Shown: piece after piece, positions 39,599-48,330 of the stretch
How the letters are laid out: every line of letters begins with the position of its first letter
How positions within the stretch are numbered: position 1 is the stretch's first letter
Assembly (NCBI GenBank): GCA_965263355.1
Contig: CBDHHL010000026.1
Coordinates: 18,364 to 82,363, forward strand
Direction of reading: 5' to 3'
DNA from: Leptolyngbyaceae cyanobacterium
GTDB taxonomy: Bacteria; Cyanobacteriota; Cyanobacteriia; Phormidesmidales; Phormidesmidaceae
Length of the DNA: 64,000 bases
Position numbers and translations under genes: made by a program
The notes under the pieces: model-generated
What the model was told of the DNA's origin: nothing
The model's input: the letters and a program-made list of their open reading frames with translations, nothing else
Database searches by the model: none

Positions 39599-41278
39599 CT
39601 ATACGGCCACAAATTCCGGACAATGTCCATCAGGCGCTACCAATCTGCCAAACAACGGGGACTGCGGTTGCTGACAGCTGCGCTGTTGATAAAACTGGCA
39701 GTTATCACAGGCCACTCGATCAGGGGCTAATCGGTGGGTGATTTCTACCAATTCCCCTGGGTTGACGCCTCGCAATACCAAATTTTCACCCTGCCAACGG
39801 GCTTCAATAATGCCAGTTTCGGCAAAGTCTTGCCAACGGGCATCCGCCGTAATGGTAGGCGGTAACTGGATAGATACTTGAGCGCGAGAATCACTAACCG
39901 TGCCCTCAAATGTGTGTTCACGGGGTGGGGGTGGAGAGGCAAACTCAGTATCTAAAAAGAGCGATAAAGAATTACCTGGCAGCGGAATATGTAACTGATA
40001 ACGAGTCTGGAGCGATTCTAAATTTGCCAGATCACTTAGGTGCTCTAATTTTCCATGGACTAACACCACATGTCGTGGCCGCAAGTTATGAATCAGCTGG
40101 GTGGTGCCATCACCATCACAGTGACTGTAGAGCTGATAAGTTTCTAGCTGGACAGTACCTGATGGGGTAGCATTCTTTAAGCTGTCAAACCAATCATAGA
40201 CAGGGCCATAGATATTTAGCTCAGCTTGCCAGGACCTCAAATCACCCTGCTCTGGCAAAAAGACACTCCAGGCCCCACGATAGCATTGGCAGTAGAGATC
40301 AACCGGAGTCGCCGGATGGACTAACAATATAGCAGGGGCAGACACAGGCGCTACGTGAGGTGCCGTTGCTCTGACAGGCAAACGCTTAATCGTAGGATTG
40401 ATCCGATCATCCCAAAAAATAGATTGATGCTGGGCAAAATTTTGTACATTGCGCGGGAAGGCATCGGGGTGCTCAGCTAAGAGGTCCAAATAGGCATCAC
40501 AGCTACGGGCAAGGGCTGGATCGACCCAGATGGTTAACGGCTGGCCCGTAAAATGATAATGGCTGCGCCATAGCATTAGTAACTCCTGACCCAGACCCAG
40601 CAAAGGTACCGGAAATACGACGCAACGTGATTGGTCTAGGTGCGATCGCAACCGCTCAATCAGTTGATTTTCCTGCTGTCGACGATTTGGGTAGCGCACT
40701 GCGCCCAGACTGCCCTCAACTATTAGGACATCCGGGTTCAAGCCCCGCAGCGCTGTAAGCGGCAGGCCATCCACCAACCGCGTACTGGAAAGGAAACAGT
40801 CCCCGGTGTAAAAAATCCGATAGGTTCGCTGGTCGTGGATGTAGGTAAATAAAATACAGGCCGCTCCTGGCAAATGCCCAGCTGGCCATAGCTCAACCGA
40901 TAAGCTTGGCGCTACCTCAACGGTCATACGCCAGGGTAACGTTTGGATAGACTGAGCTAAGAACTGATCCCCCACCGCCAATAGAGCCGCTGTTGCTACA
41001 GTGGCATAAATCGGTACCTGCGGCCAACGTTGCTTCACCAGAGGCAAGCTACGCCCATGCTCAAAATGAGCGTGGCTACAAAAAACAAAATCTGGTGGCG
41101 GACTATCGCCCAGGGGGGTTAAATCCTCTAAACCACAGTCCAACAACACTCGATAGGGACCAATAGCTAATCCTAAGCTAAGCCCTTCACGGGCATGGCC
41201 AACACCATAGGAGTAGCAGACGACAGTATTTCCATCGGCAACAGCAGATGCTCCCAGCGGTGGTAAAATACCCCCCAT
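39599..41278 (-). CDS. MBL-fold (beta-CASP-like) hydrolase with a C-terminal Cys cluster
   Basis: LLDCG, SHAHFEHG, AGHLPGAA, YTGD, LVHG, CDNC...C. Confidence 0.85.
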   Translation of the reverse strand: MGGILPPLGASAVADGNTVVCYSYGVGHAREGLSLGLAIGPYRVLLDCGLEDLTPLGDSPPPDFVFCSHAHFEHGRSLPLVKQRWPQVPIYATVATAALLAVGDQFLAQSIQTLPWRMTVEVAPSLSVELWPAGHLPGAACILFTYIHDQRTYRIFYTGDCFLSSTRLVDGLPLTALRGLNPDVLIVEGSLGAVRYPNRRQQENQLIERLRSHLDQSRCVVFPVPLLGLGQELLMLWRSHYHFTGQPLTIWVDPALARSCDAYLDLLAEHPDAFPRNVQNFAQHQSIFWDDRINPTIKRLPVRATAPHVAPVSAPAILLVHPATPVDLYCQCYRGAWSVFLPEQGDLRSWQAELNIYGPVYDWFDSLKNATPSGTVQLETYQLYSHCDGDGTTQLIHNLRPRHVVLVHGKLEHLSDLANLESLQTRYQLHIPLPGNSLSLFLDTEFASPPPPREHTFEGTVSDSRAQVSIQLPPTITADARWQDFAETGIIEARWQGENLVLRGVNPGELVEITHRLAPDRVACDNCQFYQQRSCQQPQSPLFGRLVAPDGHCPEFVAV

Positions 41279-41323
41279 TCAGTCAGGCAAGCCCCTTTCA
41301 ATCAGAAAAGGCATAAAAACTAA

Positions 41324-41446
41324 TTAATGGGCAGAGCCATTGCCATGGTAGTCGTCAGAGTCATAAAAGCCATTTTGAGTGCCAAAAAACAGGCACGCTG
41401 CCGAGAAAACAATGGCTAAGACGGGCAAAATTGCTTTAATATCCAC
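41324..41446 (-). CDS. ndhP: NDH-1L subunit NdhP
   Basis: GTG start; (M)DIKAILPVLAIVFSAACLFFGTQNGFYDSDDYHGNGSAH. Confidence 0.92.
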   Translation of the reverse strand: MDIKAILPVLAIVFSAACLFFGTQNGFYDSDDYHGNGSAH

Positions 41447-41497
41447 AGATGTTGATTCCTTAGTCGAGTTTTCCAGGCGATTGGTTTTAGCAATCGG

Positions 41498-42196
41498 TTG
41501 TCTAAATCCAATCGAGTTCTGATTGATCGTAGCAAGTTCATTCAGGAATGCAATCATAGTCCCTATGACTGTTATCAACTGCAACATTCCTTACCTGTGG
41601 TAACGCTAATTTCTGCTGACTGGTGCGATCGCACCCCTCTCCATGTCGCGCCTGACCTAATCGGTTGTACCCTCGTCCGTCAGCTGAATGACGAAACGTT
41701 ACACGGTCTAATTGTCGAAACCGAAGCCTATGAGCAGGAAGACCCAGCCTGCCATGCTTATCGTGGCAAAACCCCTAGCAACACCGCCATGTTTGGTCCA
41801 CCAGGACACAGCTACGTCTACTTTATTTACGGCATGTACCATTGCTTCAACGTCGTTACCGAAGCAATCAACGTTGGCAGCGCCGTTTTGATTCGTGCTA
41901 TTGAACTTCCCCAATTACCCCAGGGTATTGACATCAAGTACCAGAAGCAGGGTAACCGCATAGCCGCCGGTCCAGGAAAACTCTGTCGGACCTTGGCCAT
42001 CGACCAGCAACAAAATGGCTTGGCCCTCAATCCTGAAAATCAGCTATGGCTTGAACATCGCACACCTGAGTTTCAGTCAAAACTTGATCAAGGTGAATAC
42101 GCTCTGGTACAAACCACACGCATCGGTATTTCAAAAGCTACAGACCTGCCATGGCGCTGGTATCTAAAGGATCATCCCAGCGTTTCTAAACCCTAG
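41498..42196 (+). CDS. mpg: DNA-3-methyladenine glycosylase (true start probably about 41597)
   Basis: IVETEAY, YVYFIYGMYHCFN, GPGKLC, RIGIS...WRW. Confidence 0.93.
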   Translation: MSKSNRVLIDRSKFIQECNHSPYDCYQLQHSLPVVTLISADWCDRTPLHVAPDLIGCTLVRQLNDETLHGLIVETEAYEQEDPACHAYRGKTPSNTAMFGPPGHSYVYFIYGMYHCFNVVTEAINVGSAVLIRAIELPQLPQGIDIKYQKQGNRIAAGPGKLCRTLAIDQQQNGLALNPENQLWLEHRTPEFQSKLDQGEYALVQTTRIGISKATDLPWRWYLKDHPSVSKP

Positions 42197-42219
42197 GAAT
42201 AGGATGGGCAATGCACACC

Positions 42220-42795
42220 CTACAGAACAATTTCTTTGCCACGATTAGTAAATTCAACCTGATTAACTTCCCAGGTTGAATTTTGGGTTAGGGTCTCTTC
42301 TAAGCCACCAAATAAGCCCTGCTGCTCACAGCTAGATAAGGATAAAAATTGACGCTGAGAATCCTCGGCTAATCGCAGATCAACAACCGCCTTACTATCC
42401 TCTACATTGACCCGATATCCTGATAATTTAAATGCTTCAAACTTATGCCGTTCAAGTACTTCACCCACTGCCTCAGTGATCGCTTGGTCAGCGGGCACCT
42501 TGACTGATTCAGCCGTAAAATTGCTACAGGTGTCATCCATCACATAGATCGCAACAGACACCATTTCCTTATCTACTACAGCATTGTTAGGCTGCGTCTC
42601 AACCTTAGGGACATCCTCATCCGTGGCGTCGACAGGTTGATTAGGAGACGTGGTGGGCTCCTCCTTAATTTCCGCAGTCGGCTCTTCCAAGGTAGGTGAT
42701 TCACCCACATCGGTAGGCGGCGAACCGTTACAGCTTGCCATGATCAACCCTACAGCCACAAATAAACCTAAGAATACTTTTGGGAACCGCACCAT
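42220..42795 (-). CDS. GerMN-like lipoprotein
   Basis: Lipobox MASC; VVDLRL, LSSCEQ, ETLTQN. Confidence 0.7.
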   Translation of the reverse strand: MVRFPKVFLGLFVAVGLIMASCNGSPPTDVGESPTLEEPTAEIKEEPTTSPNQPVDATDEDVPKVETQPNNAVVDKEMVSVAIYVMDDTCSNFTAESVKVPADQAITEAVGEVLERHKFEAFKLSGYRVNVEDSKAVVDLRLAEDSQRQFLSLSSCEQQGLFGGLEETLTQNSTWEVNQVEFTNRGKEIVL

Positions 42796-42862
42796 CGAAT
42801 GAAATACTAAGTAAAGCGTTTGCTCATATCCTACAAACTAGAGCGATGTTCTGTCCCTAAAG

Positions 42863-42916
42863 TGTGACAGTTTGCTAAAGCAATGTTTTGTCACTTGCCC
42901 TGTGACAGTTTGCTAA
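42863..42916. promoter_or_regulatory. 16-bp exact direct repeat in a divergent promoter region
   Basis: TGTGACAGTTTGCTAA at 42863 and 42901. Confidence 0.55.
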
Positions 42917-42962
42917 CCTGAAAACGATCTAGCTCAGTAACTCACGTAACTTTGGTCTGCCT

Positions 42963-43982
42963 ATGGCCGACAATTCTTGGAGTCGTCGTCACATCATCTC
43001 CTTAGAAGACTTCACCCCCAACGACTATCAAACAATTCTACAAACGGCGACTAGTTTTCGTGAAGTCCTATCACGTCGCACCAAGAAGGTACCGGCACTA
43101 CAGGGTCAGGTAATTACCCATTTGTTCTTTGAGCCCTCCACCCGCACCCGCAGTAGTTTTGAGTTAGCGGCTAAACGATTGTCTGCTGATATCCTTAACT
43201 TTTCGCCGGGTAGTTCATCCCTTAAAAAGGGAGAAACCATTTTAGATACGGCAAAAACGTACTTAGCCATGGGAACTAACCTAATGGTTATTCGCCACCA
43301 ACAGGCAGGTGTACCGACAATTATTGCCCAAGAAATGGACCGCATTAACTCAGGAGTAGGCATTCTCAATGCTGGTGACGGCCAACATGCCCATCCATCC
43401 CAAGCATTACTCGATTTATTTACCATCTGTAGCAGTTTCGATGAAGCTAATCCCCACATAAGCCATCTGCAAGGCAAAAAAGTAGCCATTATTGGCGATA
43501 TTCTGCATTCTCGGGTAGCTCGATCTAATATTTGGAGCCTAACGGCCTGTGGTGCAGAGGTTCATCTGGCGGCTCCCCCCACATTACTACCCAAGCATTT
43601 TTTAGAGGCGTTTAACCAACCAGTGAAAACAGAGCCATCCCAGAAAGCGAACATCAAACGTAAGCTCTATCTTCACTGGCATTTAAAGCCGGCATTAGAA
43701 AATGCTGATGTTGTCATGGCACTGCGGCTCCAGCATGAACGCATGAGCCAGCACTTATTGCCTAGCTTACGGGAATATCATCAGCAGTTTGGCATTACCC
43801 GTAAACGGTTAAACATCTGTCAACCAACTGTCAAAATTATGCATCCTGGGCCGACCAATCGCGGTGTGGAGCTGACATCGGATCTGATGGATGATCCGCA
43901 CCTAAGCCTCGTTCCGATGCAGGTGACTAGCGGTGTTGCAACTCGCATGGCCCTACTCTATTTAATTGGTGGGGTAAAATAA
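42963..43982 (+). CDS. pyrB: Aspartate carbamoyltransferase catalytic subunit
   Basis: [35 protein letters not shown]. Confidence 0.97.
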   Translation: MADNSWSRRHIISLEDFTPNDYQTILQTATSFREVLSRRTKKVPALQGQVITHLFFEPSTRTRSSFELAAKRLSADILNFSPGSSSLKKGETILDTAKTYLAMGTNLMVIRHQQAGVPTIIAQEMDRINSGVGILNAGDGQHAHPSQALLDLFTICSSFDEANPHISHLQGKKVAIIGDILHSRVARSNIWSLTACGAEVHLAAPPTLLPKHFLEAFNQPVKTEPSQKANIKRKLYLHWHLKPALENADVVMALRLQHERMSQHLLPSLREYHQQFGITRKRLNICQPTVKIMHPGPTNRGVELTSDLMDDPHLSLVPMQVTSGVATRMALLYLIGGVK

Positions 43983-43984
43983 TT

Positions 43985-44052
43985 TTCTTCCATGTCCAGA
44001 ACAGTCATTTTGCCGCTGAAGAATCTACAGGTTTCAATTTGGCCGTGGTTTA
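43985..44052 (+). repeat. Dispersed ~75-85-bp repeat, copy D
   Basis: TCCATGTCCAGAACAGTCATTTT...CTACAGGTTTCAATTTGGCCGTGGTTTA. Confidence 0.7.
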
Positions 44053-44060
44053 GCCCTTAT

Positions 44061-44321
44061 TTAATCTTCAGACGCCGTATCCTTCAAAAATTGGCGATAG
44101 CCAAATATGTTTGTATCTTCAGAAATTTGTTTGGCCGTATGAAACGTAAAATGCCGTTCTTTGCTGGATTCTTGCCAGGCTTTCTGTATTTTCTTTGATG
44201 GAAATGTTCCCTGGACAAACATTGTCATGATTTTGGCCCAACGTTCCTTAAGCCGATGGGTTTCCCCCACATACAGACGATATTTTCCAATATTAGCTAC
44301 GGCAAAAATTCCAGAACTCAT
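44061..44321 (-). CDS. Small GIY-YIG-like protein
   Basis: SGIFAV...LYVGET.RLKERW. Confidence 0.6.
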   Translation of the reverse strand: MSSGIFAVANIGKYRLYVGETHRLKERWAKIMTMFVQGTFPSKKIQKAWQESSKERHFTFHTAKQISEDTNIFGYRQFLKDTASED

Positions 44322-44499
44322 GGTGGTTGCGATCCCGATCCCCGAAGGCCCAGCCCCGACAGACTACTAGTCTACCTTGCAGTCAATTTTCCCTCAGAAC
44401 TAGCCAAAGCACCAAGCTTATGATGTTTCGCAACTTTTGATGGACTATTTACAATAAATAACATCCATTTTCCGCATCTGTCGCGCACTAAACATAGCC

Positions 44500-45009
44500 A
44501 TGACCATAGGCCTGCCCTTTAACCTCAATGTTCAAACCCAAGCCAATCAGGCTGATAACTTTGCTATCACCTTTGCCCCCTTATCCTTAGATGAGGTTTA
44601 TCGCTTAGCGGATGATACCGCAAACGGTGCCATTGTTGTTATGAGTGGCATGGTGCGCAACAACACCGATGGCAAAGCAGTTGTTGCTTTGGAATATCAG
44701 GCCTATGAACCCATGGCCATAGCTGTTTTCAAACAAATTGCTGCTGAGATTCGCCACAGATGGGCTGATGTCACCCATGTGGTCATTCACCATCGTACTG
44801 GCAAGCTGACAGTGGGAGAAATCAGCGTACTGGTTGCTATCGGATGCCCCCATCGCACAGAGGCATTTGATGCCTGTCAATATGCTATCGACACCCTCAA
44901 GCACAATGCACCCATTTGGAAAAAAGAGATTTGGCAGGATGGCTCAACCAGCTGGGTTAGTATTGGAGCCTGTGAGGAAGTAGATAATGCGGTTACAAAG
45001 GAGGTTTAA
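44500..45009 (+). CDS. moaE: Molybdopterin synthase catalytic subunit
   Basis: GAIVVMSGMVR, LEYQAYEPMA, HRTGKL, PHR, PIWKKE. Confidence 0.96.
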   Translation: MTIGLPFNLNVQTQANQADNFAITFAPLSLDEVYRLADDTANGAIVVMSGMVRNNTDGKAVVALEYQAYEPMAIAVFKQIAAEIRHRWADVTHVVIHHRTGKLTVGEISVLVAIGCPHRTEAFDACQYAIDTLKHNAPIWKKEIWQDGSTSWVSIGACEEVDNAVTKEV

Positions 45010-45017
45010 AAGCTACT

Positions 45018-45113
45018 ATGGCTTTTAGCGATTTCAAATCCATTTCGGACGTACAAAAACGGTATAAAATTCGCTACACCGAACCCTTTTTTAGAATAGC
45101 TTTGTTACTCTAA
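45018..45113 (+). pseudogene. N-terminal stub of a gene (MAFSDFKSISDVQKRYKIRY...)
   Basis: GGAGG RBS, coding-like start, ends after about 31 codons. Confidence 0.4.
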
Positions 45114-45121
45114 GTTCTGGT

Positions 45122-45567
45122 ATGGAGAAGCTAGCGCTTGAGCACACTTCATTTCCCACTGATGTTCTGCTAGATCTCAAAATGGCAGGCTCTGTTTTAT
45201 CGCGCTATGGCGCTAACCAAGTAATTCTCTACGGGTCTATGGCAAGAGGGACATATCGACCCGATTCAGATATTGACCTGTGTGTACGAGGTTTACCCAG
45301 AAGTATCTCAATATCGAGTTGCCCACTGGGAAATTCTCCCATCGAGATACCCTGAGACGGTTTGAGTCACTATTAACGGACAAGTCTCCACTAGACAACA
45401 AAACCACCATTGCAATCATTGCCAATTTAATGGCCTTTCGGCATGTTGTTACTAAGATATATGGCTTTCTCATTGATGCTGAGAAGCTCAATGCTGTTGT
45501 TAGAGATATTAACACCTATCATAGTGAACTTGAGAAAGTATTCCAAGACTCACTCAAAACTTTTTGA
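45122..45567 (+). pseudogene. MNT (nucleotidyltransferase) / HEPN toxin-antitoxin pair fused by an internal deletion
   Basis: ILYGSMARG..RPDSDIDL (MNT) in one frame; LMAFRHVVTKIYGF (HepT-like HEPN) in another; junction near 45300. Confidence 0.7.
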
Positions 45568-45729
45568 ATATGTGGGTAGAAATGTCATGGCGCAACCTTA
45601 GCCTATATGACACAATTTTTATCCACAAATGTTTCATCATGATAGGCCACTTCCACTGATGACCAATTGATTCCTGAATCAGGATAATTCCTTACTCATC
45701 GATCAAGTTCTCCGTAATGATCTATCAGA

Positions 45730-47040
45730 TCAATCGTTTAACGGTTTCCAATCCTTGGCTTTTTCTCTCTCAACAAATGCTTGAGCCTTCTTAAGTGTTG
45801 GAAACTCATCCAAGTTACGCTTGTGTAACTGCTGTGCTATGGTGTCACAGTCTCTATTTCGCAAGGATTTGTCGTCAAGGTTGTTAGGTAGGCCTACGTT
45901 GCATAGCCATGGAGAGTTATTACCTTCTAGCTGTGATTGTGTCAGCATCTTGGCTCTACGTAAGTCGGTTCTTAACAGAATGGCTTCATTAAGGACTGTA
46001 CCGTTGAGGTTCGCGTTTTGCAGATTGGTGCCCTGTAAGTTTGTACAAACTTGCTCTGTAGCTTGAGGTAAAAACGGAATCCAAGACCAGAATTTTTCAA
46101 CATCGCGTTGATGACATGAAAGATTGGCAGAGAGCAATGTCGATTCTCTTAGGTCAGCAAAACTCATGTCTGCTCCCCGTAAGTCTGCACCACGAAAACT
46201 GATGTTAGGAAGTTTGTAGCCTCTGAAATTCGCAAACTTTAAGTCAGCGGTTTGGAGTAAGTCGGGCCCTGGTTGTTCAGGGTCTGATTGTTCTTCTTGT
46301 TTTAATTGCTCCTCTTGTTCTTCCAATTTTGTCGGATTGACTAATTCTGTGGGTTCTGGTTCCTGTGATGGCTCCGTAGGTTCTGCCGTTTCGGCCTGAG
46401 TGGCTTCAGTTTGGCATACTTGCTCTGCCAGAATTCCACACATCTGCAGTTGATAGAGAAGTAACACTAGCTGAGCTTTTCTGGCATCATCATTGGTCAA
46501 CTCTCTTAAAACTGAGCTTTTCTGGGTCAACTCTCTTAAAACGGGTAATGTCATACCCATAATAAATGTTCTTTTCTCGGTTAGGCTCTCTATATCGTTA
46601 TAGTCACGACTTAGGCTGATTTCTTTAAGATTGCTGATGTAGCTTTCTAAAACCCTCTGATGATTGAGGTTTTGGGAGGTGGTTTGTTGTCGTACTTCTG
46701 CTTGGTGATCTAACCACCAGGTAAAGCAAACTGCGATCGCAGAGAAAAGTAAGCTGAGTTTAATCGGTGGTTTGAACTTAATCCATAGGGAGTTACTGGC
46801 AAAAAGTAGTTTGCGTCCAGGGCTTTGGGCAATTTTCTCTGCCGTTATCCAATCGCTTTCAGCATCCCCTTCTCTATTTAGTTTCAGCCTATTCTGATAG
46901 CATTGACGGGCGATGGTTTTAGTGTTTGCTTGCTGTTTTTCTGCATCGCTTTTTTGGGATGCTGACTTGCGCGTCCAATTCCAAGGCATAAGGGACCTAA
47001 AATGAAAACTGACCATAGTTTCAGCTAAAAGATACGGCAA
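45730..47040 (-). CDS. Membrane-anchored pentapeptide-repeat protein
   Basis: TM segment, Pro/Glu linker, ADLxx/ANLxx repeats. Confidence 0.8.
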   Translation of the reverse strand: MPYLLAETMVSFHFRSLMPWNWTRKSASQKSDAEKQQANTKTIARQCYQNRLKLNREGDAESDWITAEKIAQSPGRKLLFASNSLWIKFKPPIKLSLLFSAIAVCFTWWLDHQAEVRQQTTSQNLNHQRVLESYISNLKEISLSRDYNDIESLTEKRTFIMGMTLPVLRELTQKSSVLRELTNDDARKAQLVLLLYQLQMCGILAEQVCQTEATQAETAEPTEPSQEPEPTELVNPTKLEEQEEQLKQEEQSDPEQPGPDLLQTADLKFANFRGYKLPNISFRGADLRGADMSFADLRESTLLSANLSCHQRDVEKFWSWIPFLPQATEQVCTNLQGTNLQNANLNGTVLNEAILLRTDLRRAKMLTQSQLEGNNSPWLCNVGLPNNLDDKSLRNRDCDTIAQQLHKRNLDEFPTLKKAQAFVEREKAKDWKPLND

Positions 47041-47110
47041 TCCTTAAGACCGTGTGCAGGGCACACAATTCTTCAGAGTTAGCGTTATGAAACGTTGATA
47101 TAGCTTAGGA

Positions 47111-48319
47111 TTAAGCCGTCACAATGTCTTCCTTTGCTGCCCACTGGCTAATGTCGCTACGGCTAATGGCTGTAGACATTAAGTCAGGAAACTGATCAGG
47201 TGTACAGGCAAATGTCGGCACACCCAGTCCTGCAAATACAGCAGCATTTTGATGATCAAAGTAGGGCGCACCTTCATCGCTCAAGGCCAAGAGGGTAATC
47301 ATTTGTACACCTGATGCAACAATAGAAGCAACCCGCTTGAGCATGGCGTCATTATCATTATCCCCCCCCTCACACAGATCACTGATTAAGACTAAAATAG
47401 TTTCCTGGGGTTGTCGCACATGGCCCTGACAATAGGAAAGCGCCCGGTTGATATCCGTCCCACCCCCTAGCTGAGTGCCAAAGAGAACATCCACTGGGTC
47501 CTGCAATAGCTCAGTTAAATCGACGATGGCTGTGTCAAATACCACCAGCTGGGTTTTCACCGCAGGAATAGACGCCAGCACAGCGGCAAAAATACTGGCA
47601 TAGACCACGGAAGGAGCCATTGACCCGCTTTGATCCACGCAGAGAATAATATTTTTGAGGGCAGACCGCTTACGACCAAAGCCGATCAGTCGTTCAGGAA
47701 CAATGGTGGAGTACTCAGGTTGATAGTGTCGTAGATTAGCGCGGATGGTGCGATTCCAATCAATTTCGCTATGGCGCGGACGGTTGTTGCGCTGGCTACG
47801 ATTGAGACTGCCGATAACGGCTTGTTGCATGGGATTCTGCAGTTTACGCATAAGTTCATCAACCACTTTGCGCACCACTAAACGGGCTGTTTCCTTCGTC
47901 TTTTCCGGAATCACGCCGTTTAACGCCATCAGATTAGCTACCAAATGCACATCCGCTTCAACTGCTGCCAACATTTCTGGTTCTAGCAGCATTTGATGCA
48001 GATTCAGGCGCTCCAGGGCATCCTGCTGCATCACCCGTACTACCGAGCTAGGGAAATATTGACGAATGTCCCCTAGCCAACGGGCGACTTTGGGGGCAGA
48101 AGCGCCTAACCCACCCCGGCGTTCTTGTTGGTCATCGTACAGCGCAGCGAGGGCCTGATCCATGGCAATGTCACCACTGCCTAAATTGAGTCCGCCCCCT
48201 TCGCCCCCAGCACCACAAATACCGTCAGCATCACCACCACCGAGGATCAGCCGCCAACGTCTGAGACGTTCTGTGTTGTTTTGATTGTGGGAATCTATAT
48301 TTTGAGGAGTATTGACCAT
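47111..48319 (-). CDS. VWA-domain protein (YehP/CoxE-like)
   Basis: RLRRWRLILG, IDWNRTIRANL, MIDAS DQSGSM, GGGTDI, LISDLCEG. Confidence 0.92.
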   Translation of the reverse strand: MVNTPQNIDSHNQNNTERLRRWRLILGGGDADGICGAGGEGGGLNLGSGDIAMDQALAALYDDQQERRGGLGASAPKVARWLGDIRQYFPSSVVRVMQQDALERLNLHQMLLEPEMLAAVEADVHLVANLMALNGVIPEKTKETARLVVRKVVDELMRKLQNPMQQAVIGSLNRSQRNNRPRHSEIDWNRTIRANLRHYQPEYSTIVPERLIGFGRKRSALKNIILCVDQSGSMAPSVVYASIFAAVLASIPAVKTQLVVFDTAIVDLTELLQDPVDVLFGTQLGGGTDINRALSYCQGHVRQPQETILVLISDLCEGGDNDNDAMLKRVASIVASGVQMITLLALSDEGAPYFDHQNAAVFAGLGVPTFACTPDQFPDLMSTAISRSDISQWAAKEDIVTA

Positions 48320-48330
48320 GGTGATTGTGG

